Below, piece by piece: positions 1 to 8,694 of a stretch of 64,000 nt of DNA; position 1 is the stretch's first letter; the number at the start of each line of letters is the position of its first letter. The notes under the pieces were generated by a model. The model worked only from the letters and a program-made list of their open reading frames with translations, searched no databases and had not been told where the DNA came from. A program made the translations under genes and the position numbers. Source of the stretch: an uncultured Planctomycetota bacterium. Lineage in GTDB: Bacteria > Planctomycetota > Planctomycetia > Gemmatales > Gemmataceae. The DNA is taken from positions 160,001 through 224,000 of the forward strand of contig CAWKHF010000012.1 of the NCBI GenBank assembly GCA_963849325.1, written 5' to 3'.

Positions 1-741
1 TCGAGCCAGTGTCGGCCCCAGCGTTCGCCGTAGGCGGGCGAGGCCAGCAAGCGGTCCACCACGCGGGCGAACGCATCCGGCGCGTCGTCGCGCAGGAACG
101 CATGTACCTCCTCCGGCGTCGGCGGCAGTCCCGTCAGGTCGAAGGTGGCGCGCCGCAGCAGCGTCCGCTTGTCCGCCGGTTTCGCCGGCCGCAGTCCTTT
201 CGCCTCCAGGGCGGCGAGGATGAAGCGATCGAGGTCCGACCGCGCCCATGTCGTGTCCCGCACAGATCGGGGGCACAACCGCCTTCATCGGCTGGAAGGA
301 CCAGAAGCGGCGTTGTTCCTCGGAGATGTGGAACTCGCTTTGCGCGGCGGTCGTTGGGACGGCGGCTCGGGGCCAGGGCAGACCCTGTTGCACCCAGCGA
401 GTCAGCACGGCGATTTGTCGATCGCTCAGTTTCCGCTTGGGCGGCATTTGTGGCGTAGTGTCGTAGCGGACGGCCTGGATGAGCAAGCTGTCGTCCGGCT
501 TGCCGGCGACGACGGCCGGGCCGGTGTCGCCGCCCTGCAGCAACGCGGCCCGCGACGTCAGGCGCAGCCCGCCCTTGGGCTTCTTGTCGCCGTGACATTT
601 CAGGCAGTGTTCGACGAGCAGAGGGCGGACTTCCTTTTCAAAAAACTCCTCGTCCCCGGGAGCATCCGCCCACGCGATTGGTCCCGTCCCCAAGAGGTCG
701 GCGAGTACGAATACCAGCAAGAAACGTCCGAAACGCGGCAT
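1..741 (-). CDS. PSD1 and planctomycete cytochrome c domain protein (PSCyt1/DUF1549/DUF1553 type), runs off the window edge
   Basis: Manual translation from ATG at 741: signal-like N-terminus, [19 protein letters not shown] (CxxCH), MPPKRKL, FWSFQP. After an indel near 265: [41 protein letters not shown] and [11 protein letters not shown]. Confidence 0.9.
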   Translation of the reverse strand, partial: MPRFGRFLLVFVLADLLGTGPIAWADAPGDEEFFEKEVRPLLVEHCLKCHGDKKPKGGLRLTSRAALLQGGDTGPAVVAGKPDDSLLIQAVRYDTTPQMPPKRKLSDRQIAVLTRWVQQGLPWPRAAVPTTAAQSEFHISEEQRRFWSFQPMKAVVPPICAGHDMGAVGPRSLHPRRPGGERTAAGETGGQADAAAARHLRPDGTAADAGGGTCVPARRRAGCVRPRGGPLAGLARLRRTLGPTLAR

Positions 742-921
742 GAACGACGGTCTCCATTTCACGACCGATGGGCCTGGCCCCGCGCCGGCAGCGCGAAACG
801 ACGGGCTGGGCCTCGGCCTTCCGCGGAGGGAGGCAGGAGGGCGTGCGGTTGGATCTACTTCTTATCGTATGAGCAAGCGAGCGGATGAAGCAATGAAAAA
901 GCACGCAAGACAGGGGATCGA

Positions 922-1287
922 TCAGAGCAGTGCGCGCACGTCGTCGTCGGTCAGGGGGCTGAGAAGAGTACAGCCGATCAACCAACCGCCCTCCGGCCAC
1001 GCCGTGGCGTGAGCGACTCGTCCCAGCAGCAGGCGTTTGCGGCCGCCGGTATTCTCGGTTATCTCGATCGTCAACAGAGCGCCCGGCTCGAAGCGGCGGG
1101 CGAGCAGTAGGCCGATGCCGTCCGGGCAGATGTCGCGGACGGTCGCTTGCCACGAGGTCTCGCGCCGCACCGAGAGGGTCTGACAGCAACCTTGGACACC
1201 GGAGAGATGGCGAAACGAAGACCGTCTGTCCGCGCCGGGGTCCGCCGGCGCACACTGCCCCACGATCGCCGTAGTTCGTTGCGACAC
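922..1287 (-). CDS. Stand-alone PilZ domain protein (putative c-di-GMP receptor)
   Basis: RRSSFR (RxxxR) and DICPDGIGL (DxSxxG-like) motifs, GWLIGC C-terminal strand; GTG start preceded by GAGG. Confidence 0.8.
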   Translation of the reverse strand: MSQRTTAIVGQCAPADPGADRRSSFRHLSGVQGCCQTLSVRRETSWQATVRDICPDGIGLLLARRFEPGALLTIEITENTGGRKRLLLGRVAHATAWPEGGWLIGCTLLSPLTDDDVRALL

Positions 1288-1609
1288 GATCGCCTCACTC
1301 TCGGTATGGAGGGGGGAAGTTACCCAAGCATAGGGTATCGATCCGTTCGTGTCAAAAAGCCGTTTGCCGTTCTCGTCCCGCGGAACTTCGGCCGGACCTA
1401 CTTTGTTGTTGCAGTGACGGCTCGGCGGTCGTACACTCGCCGATAGAAGCACGTCGATCCCGGTCGTCCGCCGACTCGCGGAGGCTAGAGGGTCTATCCG
1501 GTAACGTTGTCCCGAGATCCCACGCTGTCGTGGCGCCTGCTCGATCTATCGAGCCGGTCCGCACAGAAAGGGTCTCTGGGTGTCCGCTTTCTCTTCAATG
1601 GAGGCTCGC

Positions 1610-2215
1610 ATGTACACCGCGTTGTTTCGCTCGCACGGCACCGTTCATCATCGCATTGACATCGTCGCGCTGGCTCTGCGACTGAGCTTGGCCGTGATTT
1701 TCCTGTATCATGGCCTGGACAAGATTACCAGCGACGTGGGCGGCGGCGCCTGGGCGTCGCGCATGTATGACAGTGCAGGAACCATTCAAGTCCCCGGAAC
1801 CCTGACCTACTCCGCCATTCAGTTCGCCGTGGCCTGGGGAGAAATCCTGTGCGGCCTCGCCATGCTGGCGGGCCTGCTCACGCGGGTGGCGGCCCTGGGG
1901 TTGATCGTCATCCAGATCGGGGCCATTTGCCTCGTCACCTACCCGCGCGGTTTTCGCTTCGCCCAGGGCGGAGGCTACGAGTACAACCTGGCGCTGCTGG
2001 CCATGTGCCTGTCGCTACTGATCCTGGGCGCCGGCGTCTGGTCGGTGGACTGGCTGTTAGTCTACGAACACATGAAGGCGGCGGGCCATCCCGCCGCGGC
2101 CTCTCCGACCCTGGTCGGCCCGCACACGATGCCCGCCCAGTCGGCGGAAGCTATCGTCAGTGCTCAGGGGGCTAACGCCCCCCGCTCGGAGATCGCGCCG
2201 CCGCGGACTATGTGA
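1610..2215 (+). CDS. DoxX family membrane protein
   Basis: LRLSLAVIFLYHGLDK, GLLTRVAAL, GGYEYNLALL; GGAGG RBS upstream of the ATG. Confidence 0.9.
   Translation: MYTALFRSHGTVHHRIDIVALALRLSLAVIFLYHGLDKITSDVGGGAWASRMYDSAGTIQVPGTLTYSAIQFAVAWGEILCGLAMLAGLLTRVAALGLIVIQIGAICLVTYPRGFRFAQGGGYEYNLALLAMCLSLLILGAGVWSVDWLLVYEHMKAAGHPAAASPTLVGPHTMPAQSAEAIVSAQGANAPRSEIAPPRTM
2165..2188. repeat. Family A palindrome half-unit inside DoxX
   Basis: CAGGGGGCTAACGCCCCCCGCTCG, translated QGANAPRS. Confidence 0.8.
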
Positions 2216-3705
2216 GGGCGGCGCCGCGCCTCGACCGCAACGCGCGAAAGCGCTCGTAGGGCGCCTGCCAGTCGCCGGGTCGCAGCGGCGCGAAGGTGCG
2301 CACCTCGAAGGAACGCCGCACGATCTCGCGGGCGTCGGCCAACGAGCCGAGGACGCCCAGCCCCAGCGACTGCACCAGCACGTTGCCGATCGCCGTCGCC
2401 TCGACCGGCCCGGCCAGCACCGGCCGGTCGCAGGCGTCGGCGGTGAACTGGTTCAACAGGGCGTTTTGACTGCCGCCGCCAACGACATGGATGACCTCGG
2501 CCCGCCGGCCCGTCAACGCCTCCAACCGTTCCAGTACCCAGCGATAGCACAGCGCCAAACTTTCCAGGGCGCAGCGCACCGCGCCGCCGACGCCGTCCGG
2601 CGCCGGTTGCCCGCTGCGCCGGCAGAAGTCGGCCAGCGCCGCCGGCATGTTCGCCGGCAGGATGAAAGACGGATCGTCCGGGTCAACTAGGCTGACGAAC
2701 GGCGTCGCCGCCTCGGCCCGACGGGTCAACTCGTCGTAGTCGTAGGACGTGCCGGCGCGCACCCAGGCGCGCCGGCACTCCTGCACCAGCCACAGGCCCA
2801 TGATGTTCTTGAGCAAGCGCGTGGTGCCGCCGACGCCACCCTCGTTGGTGAAGTTGGCCTCCAGGGCCGCGTCGCTGACAAGCGGTTGACTCAGCTCAAC
2901 GCCCATCAGCGACCAGGTACCGGAACTGATGTAGGCCCACGAGGCGGCCGACGCCGGCACGGCGGCGATGGCCGCGGCGGTGTCGTGCGACGCCGGCGCG
3001 ATCACCGGCGCCGGGTTGATGCCCGTCTCACTGGCAATCGACGCCCGCAGCGGGCCGAGCACGGTGCCTGGCGGAACCAGGGTGCCGAGCACCTGCGACG
3101 GCAGGCCGAACGCCCGGACCAACTCGTAGGCCCAGCCGCGCGTTTGCGGATCGAGCATCTGGCTGGTGCTGGCGTCCGTGTATTCGTTGACCTTGATGCC
3201 GGTGAAGAAATAGTGGAACAGGTCCGGCATGAACAGCAGCGTCTCGGCCATTTCCAGCAGGGGCGAGCGATCGCGCTGCAGCGCCAGCAGTTGAAACAGC
3301 GTATTGAAGCGCATGAACTGAATGCCGGTCTGCCGAAAGATGTCCCGGCGCGGCACACGGGCGAACGCCGATTCCATGACGTCCTCGGTGTGCGGATCGC
3401 GGTAGTGGCGCGGATTGCCCAGCAGCGTGCCGCCGCGGCCGAGCAGGGCGAAATCGACGCCCCAGGTGTCCACCCCCAGGCCGTCGAGCGGGCCATGCCG
3501 CGGCCGCGCACAGCCGCAGCGTTTGCAGCATCTCGCCGTACAGCCGCAGTACGTCCCAGTGCAAGGTGTCGAGCGTGCGCACCGCTCCGTTGGCAAAGCG
3601 ATGGATCACTTCCAGGCTCAGACGCGAACCGTCGAACGAACCGAGGATGCCCCGGCCGCTCTCGGCGCCGAGATCGAAGGCGAGAAATTGCTTGGCGGAG
3701 GACAT
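2208..3705 (-). CDS. rhaB: Rhamnulokinase / FGGY sugar kinase (frameshift near 3500)
   Basis: FLAFDLGAESGR, GVDTWGVDF, SHDTAAA, YISSGTWSL, NFTNEGG, GPVEATAIGN. Confidence 0.88.
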
Positions 3706-3832
3706 GACGGCGACCCCTGAATCCGCAACGACGCTGACGAATCCCTGTCGCCCTTATTAGGGAGGAACCTGGCAGATCGCAAGGGGTGGCGAGAGGCCGC
3801 CCTGTCGCCGTGGACGGTCTCGCCCCAATGGA

Positions 3833-5998
3833 TCACCCGGCCATCGCCTGAAGTCCGCGACTGTAGCCCAGCCAAAAGGCGACCTCACCCACGGGCGTCC
3901 CGTTCAACGGATTGAGGTTGATGAGCTCCAGAACCCCGTCCAATCCCGAGGATGCAGCCAGATAATTCACTCCCAGGAGATTGTTGATCGCGGTCACTTG
4001 CTGGTCCATGAAAGGGGCAAGACTCGGGTTACGACCGTACATCAACAGCACGGAGTCTACTCCCAGCACGAACGAATCCTCGAACAGGAAGAGGAACTGC
4101 ACATTCGTCGGCAGCAAGAGGTACGGCGACGGTACGGGTGTCGGCGTGGGTGTCGGCGTGGGCGTTGGTGTAGGCGTCGGCGTCGGCGTGGGGTTACTCC
4201 ATGGTATCAGGGTAATCGTCGCCGTCGCCGGAGTGGACATCTGGACGTTGGTGGAATCGCCGCCCTGGTCGTCGTAAGGAAACCCATACGCGAAACCGCC
4301 AACCGTGATGCCGGAGTTGGGATTGATGGTGCTGTTTTGGTGGAGAAAGGCCGCGTAGTAGTTGGACGTGCTGCCGGTTGCGTAGTAAACGGGGGGCGTT
4401 GCGGTCGGGGTTACCGCGGCCAAGCCGGTGTCGGTGAAAGTGATGAGCGGGTTGTTGTTGGGGCTGCCGTCGGTGTTGGTAACATTGCTGGCGATGAGCA
4501 CTTCCTGGCCCGAACTGGTGCCTCGGTAGACATTGTAAGAGATCACGCCTAATGGACCATTATTACCTTGCAAGGGACCGTTGGCCGCCGTCCAGTTCAA
4601 GGTGACGCTCGGGGTGGGGCCGGTGGGCGTGGCGGTCGCCTCAGAACTGGCCACGGTCTCGCCGGCGCCGTTCACGGCCGTAATGACGTAGTAGTAAGGA
4701 GTGCCGCTGACGAGATTGTCGCTGCTCGGGGAACCGGAATTGCCGGGCAACGCCGTCAGGTTCAACGGAGCATTGGCCCAATCGTTAGGCGCCAGGCTCG
4801 TCGCGATGCCGCGATTGAAAGCGGAACTGATCGCGTTTTCAACGTCCGACAGGTAGCCGGCGTTCGGCGCGGACGGATCCTGTCCGCCGCTATTGAACAC
4901 TCCGTCCTGGCTGAAGACCATTTCTCCCGGAGATTCCGTAGTATTTACCAACCACTTCGGAGGGAGCGTCGTTCCAATGGAAGAATTGGTGGAAAAGAAC
5001 GGCTCGTAGATGTCGAAATATTGCCCGGGATAGGTGGAGTTGCTCAAACGGAGCACCGTGTAGGAGGTATTTACGTTGTTGGTATTGAGATCGGTAATGA
5101 CCGTGGTGTTGCCGGTGAACACGCCGTCGGTGCCGTAATCCAGGGTGAACGAGTTGGCCGTGGTGTACTTAGCGAAGAAGGCTGTAAGCTGCGAATTGAA
5201 GTAACTATTCAAGGGGTCGGCACTCGGCGCTGAAATGAGATAATCCTTCGGAGACAAGATACGTAAATCGCCGGACTGATAGAGATTTTGAAAATCAGCG
5301 GCATTAGAGGTGTTGGCCGCATACTGGGTGAACAGGGTTTGCAAGGTTGTGAGGTTCGGTGTGATCCCCCTTTGGTCCGTAACGATGGAATTGGAAGTGG
5401 TAACCGTATACGGCAAGCCGACCTGATCGACCTCCGAAAGATCGGTGTCCAGTCCGGCGGAGTTGTAGGAAAATTCGGCGAAATCGTAAACATTGTTGGG
5501 GGAAGTCCCCGGCGTCGGCACGGCAATGGTTACCGGCGTGCCCGAGCTGGCAACTATGTTAAAGGGCTGCGCCGAGGAGCCGACGCCCATTACGATGTCG
5601 CCGGTAACAACAGACGTGTTCGGGAGAGGGACACTGAAGGTGTCCGCGGTGTCGCCACTAACCGTTTGGAAGGAAGGCACATTCAACGACGCGGTGGGCA
5701 CCGCCCAATCGTAAACGCCGCCCGTGTCCTTTAGATAGACAACCGTGCCAGCGGGGATGAACGTACCCTTGTCAGGTCCGCTTGAGGGGGTATAGCCCGA
5801 TCCAGAGGGGTCCAACGCCCCAAACATGTAAAAATTGATGGTTTGCCACGTATTTCCCACGCCCGAGGGAATCGCAAAGTCAAAGGTGGCCGTACCACTC
5901 AACAGGTTGCGGTCCTCAAGACACTCCAACATCGGGCGAATCGAACAACGCGCCAGGCTGCCCACACGACGGACACGCTCGCGGAAGAATGAAGTCAT
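3833..5998 (-). CDS. Secreted GH64-like beta-1,3-glucanase with LEDR N-terminal motif, inserted FN3-like module, PT linker and C-terminal helical tail
   Basis: LECLEDRNLL; YDFAEFSYNSAGLDTDLSEVDQVGLP; SAFNRG; NYYAAFLH...AYGFPYDD; FN3-like YYYVITAVNGAGE and SYNVYRGTSSG; (PT)n linker. Confidence 0.75.
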   Translation of the reverse strand: MTSFFRERVRRVGSLARCSIRPMLECLEDRNLLSGTATFDFAIPSGVGNTWQTINFYMFGALDPSGSGYTPSSGPDKGTFIPAGTVVYLKDTGGVYDWAVPTASLNVPSFQTVSGDTADTFSVPLPNTSVVTGDIVMGVGSSAQPFNIVASSGTPVTIAVPTPGTSPNNVYDFAEFSYNSAGLDTDLSEVDQVGLPYTVTTSNSIVTDQRGITPNLTTLQTLFTQYAANTSNAADFQNLYQSGDLRILSPKDYLISAPSADPLNSYFNSQLTAFFAKYTTANSFTLDYGTDGVFTGNTTVITDLNTNNVNTSYTVLRLSNSTYPGQYFDIYEPFFSTNSSIGTTLPPKWLVNTTESPGEMVFSQDGVFNSGGQDPSAPNAGYLSDVENAISSAFNRGIATSLAPNDWANAPLNLTALPGNSGSPSSDNLVSGTPYYYVITAVNGAGETVASSEATATPTGPTPSVTLNWTAANGPLQGNNGPLGVISYNVYRGTSSGQEVLIASNVTNTDGSPNNNPLITFTDTGLAAVTPTATPPVYYATGSTSNYYAAFLHQNSTINPNSGITVGGFAYGFPYDDQGGDSTNVQMSTPATATITLIPWSNPTPTPTPTPTPTPTPTPTPVPSPYLLLPTNVQFLFLFEDSFVLGVDSVLLMYGRNPSLAPFMDQQVTAINNLLGVNYLAASSGLDGVLELINLNPLNGTPVGEVAFWLGYSRGLQAMAG
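4134..4193 (-). repeat. Pro-Thr coding tandem repeat (linker)
   Basis: Encodes about ten PT units with degenerate codons. Confidence 0.9.
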
Positions 5999-6603
5999 AC
6001 CAGGCTTCCTCAAAGGATCCAGAGAGGCGACATGAGGACGGCCACGTTTCCGACTCTCTGTCAACTTCGGAAAACAACGACGTTTCAATTTTGCTTAATA
6101 TCCAACCGGCACGGCTGGACAATGTCGGTAAAATGGACAAAATATCCGACCCAGGGGCGGTATTGTTTGCCTCTCCGCTGTACGCGATGTGTTCCGCGCT
6201 GTCGCTGCCCTCGCTACAACTGCATCCGTCCGGCTCAATAACCGCCTGGAATCGCCAGGGAGAAAAGGGGTTGTCTCTCTCCCGGAGTTACGGCGTGGTG
6301 GATCTCGTTCTTCGACCCAACCTACCACCTCCGACCAACCGCAAGCACACTTTCCCTTTGGCGGGGAGCTATTGGAGCGCATGTGGGCTCCCCTTGTCGG
6401 AGGGAAAGACGGAGGCATGAAGACAGCCTCCCTCCCGTTGAGGCAAGTCAATTCTCGTGGATCTTGCCTCTTCTATCTCCACTATCTACTACGCAGGCTG
6501 TGACAGTGGTTCCCCTCGGGGCCGGCGTCCGTTACAATCTCGGTTTGCGGAGCCGGCATTCACGCTCGTGGGGGTTCGACCTGGAGCGAAAGGTGGTAGG
6601 CCG

Positions 6604-7003
6604 ATGGGACAGGGTAATGCCGACGGACACCTGAGCCAGATCAGCACGAACTGGTCGGACATCTTGCAGGCACACACGGGGCCGGAGGAGATGTCACGGG
6701 AGGCCCGCAAGGCCTTGCTGGACCGTTACTGGAGGGCCGTGCCTCGCTACCTGCTTGGCGCCGTGCGCGATGCCGACGTGGCCGAGAACCTGGCGCAGGA
6801 GTTCGCCCTGCGTTTCCTGCGCGGCGACTTCCGCAACGCTCGTCCCGAGCGCGGCAGCTTCCGGCACTACCTCAAGACGGCCCTCCTCCATCTGGTCCAC
6901 GACCACTTCCATGCTCAGGCGCGTCAGCCGCGATTGTTGGGCGCCGGTGCCGACCAACTGCCGGCACCGGATTTGTGCGCGGAGGACGAACAGGTGTTCC
7001 TCC
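6604..7003 (+). pseudogene. ECF sigma-70 factor, 3'-truncated (region 2 only, no region 4)
   Basis: LSQISTNWS, LLDRYWRAVPRYLLGAVRDADVAENLAQEF, RGSFRHYLKTAL. Sigma-like sequence stops at EDEQVFL, where the ORF runs into the antisense of the next gene. Confidence 0.75.
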
Positions 7004-7391
7004 CGGCGTACGGCAAGTTGGCGGTGATGTCGGCCTGCAACGCAGCCGGCGTATCCAAATGTCGGAATTCATCGAGTTCGATATCGAGAGTCTCCAGCCC
7101 TTGCGCCACGGGATCGGTGGCGCCGGGGAGAACATCGGGATTGTGGGCTTGGGCCTGGAATTGGAAAATCGCCACATTCACCGCGACATTCGTCGCCGCC
7201 AGTGCCCCATCGAGGTACAGCGACGTTACCGCCTGGAACAGGCTAGGCGGCGGCGGGGAAGGAGACGGGTCGCCTCCCGTGGTGGAGGGTGTAATACGGT
7301 CCTCCAGCGCTTCCAGCCGCGGCCGCGCCGTGGCGGAGCGAGGACCAGGTGAGCGATGACGGACCTGAGGCAGCAAGGAGGAGAAGTCCAT
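7003..7391 (-). CDS. Small LEDR-motif secreted protein, probably 3'-truncated
   Basis: RPRLEALEDRITPS, Pro linker, then SLFQAVTSLYLDG...ITANLPYAG. The frame continues in the antisense of the sigma fragment to a stop at 6924. Confidence 0.6.
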
Positions 7392-7626
7392 GGGAGAAGC
7401 CTCCGGGCGAGAGTAAGGGCGATGGAGTGACAAGAGTCGTCGATTACGGATCGTGTTCCTCCGCTCGTTTGTTTCCGCGTACCGGGAGAGGTTGAATGAA
7501 TTGTTAAGGCTCCCGCCAGGGCTGTCAAACAGAAAAACAAGGGCTGTCATCGGCGAGCGGTCGGCGGAATCCGACAATGGTGTATGATGAATCCAGAGAC
7601 CATGAGCACGACAAGGGGAGACAGGC

Positions 7627-8609
7627 ATGTCCCGTCAATTCGTACAGCAGATGACCGACGGCGACGCCATCGAGGAAGTGTACCTGGTCGTGGACAAGCA
7701 GGTCCGGGCCAATCGCAACGGCAACCTCTATCTCCAGCTGGAACTGCGCGACCGTACCGGCTCGATCAGCGCCCGCCTGTGGAACGCCGCCGAGCCGGTC
7801 GTTGGCTCGTTCGAGGCCGGCGATTTCCTGGTGGTCAAGGGCAAGGTGCAGCTATTCCAGGGCGCCTTGCAGATGATCCTCAGCCACCTCGACCGCGTCG
7901 AAACCGAGAAGGTCGAGTTGGCCGACTTCCTGCCGCACACCGAGCAGGACGTCGGCAAGCTCTACGAGCGCTTGTGCGTGCTGCTGCGTCAGATGGACAA
8001 TCCGCACTTGCGCGCCTGGCCGAATGTTTCCTCATGGACCACGAGTTCGTCCAGGGCTTTTGCAAGGCGCCGGCCGGCGTGCGCAACCATCACGCTTACC
8101 TCGGCGGTCTGCTGGAGCACGTCGTCGCCCTGATGGAATCCGCCGACCGCATTGCCCCCCTGTACGCCGAGCTGAACCCCGACCTGCTGCTGATGGGCGT
8201 TTTCCTGCACGACATCGGCAAGGTCCGCGAACTCAGCTACGACCGCGCCTTCAGCTACAGCGACGAAGGTCAACTGGTCGGCCACATCGTCATCGGCGTC
8301 GGCATGCTCGACGAGCAGGTGCGGCGCGTACCGGACCTGACGGGTGAGCCGTTCCCGGCCGAGTTGCTGCTGCGGCTGAAGCACCTGATCGTCAGCCATC
8401 ACGGCGCGCTGGAGTTCGGCAGTCCAACGCTGCCGATGACGCCGGAAGCCATTGCCCTGCATTACCTGGACAACCTCGACGCCAAGGTCCACAGCTTCAC
8501 GCGCGACATCCGCGACGATCGCGGCCCGTCGTCGTGGACGCCGTACAGCCAAGCCACGCAGCGCCGGCTGTTCAAGGGCAGCCTGAAAGATGACAAGGTG
8601 ACAGGGTGA
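7627..8609 (+). CDS. yhaM: 3'-5' exoribonuclease YhaM family (OB-fold + HD domain), frameshift near 8015
   Basis: YLQLELRDRTGSISARLW OB-fold; NHHAYLGGLLEH, FLHDIGK, LVGHI, SHHG, LHYLDNLDAK. Confidence 0.88.
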
Positions 8610-8668
8610 CAAGGTGACAAGGTGACAAGGTGAACCGAATTGTCTTTGTCACCTTGTCACCTTGTCAC
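8591..8668. repeat. Inverted array of the 8-mer TGACAAGG (5 forward, about 3 reverse copies)
   Basis: Seen directly; forms a hairpin and overlaps the yhaM stop codon. Confidence 0.9.
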
Positions 8669-8694
8669 GGTAGGCAGGCAGGCAGGAGCGTGTG

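Noticed and set aside
6130-6180. c-di-GMP-I riboswitch upstream of the GH64 gene (GGCAAAC on the minus strand)
   Set aside because: The GNRA stem and the following GCAAA/P2 elements are not present.
6457-7359. Full-length 300-aa ECF sigma factor
   Set aside because: The C-terminal part is the antisense of the neighbouring gene and has no region 4 HTH.
8591-8668. CRISPR array in the tandem repeats (also 41252-41336)
   Set aside because: Units are 7-8 bp with no unique spacers, and there are no cas genes.
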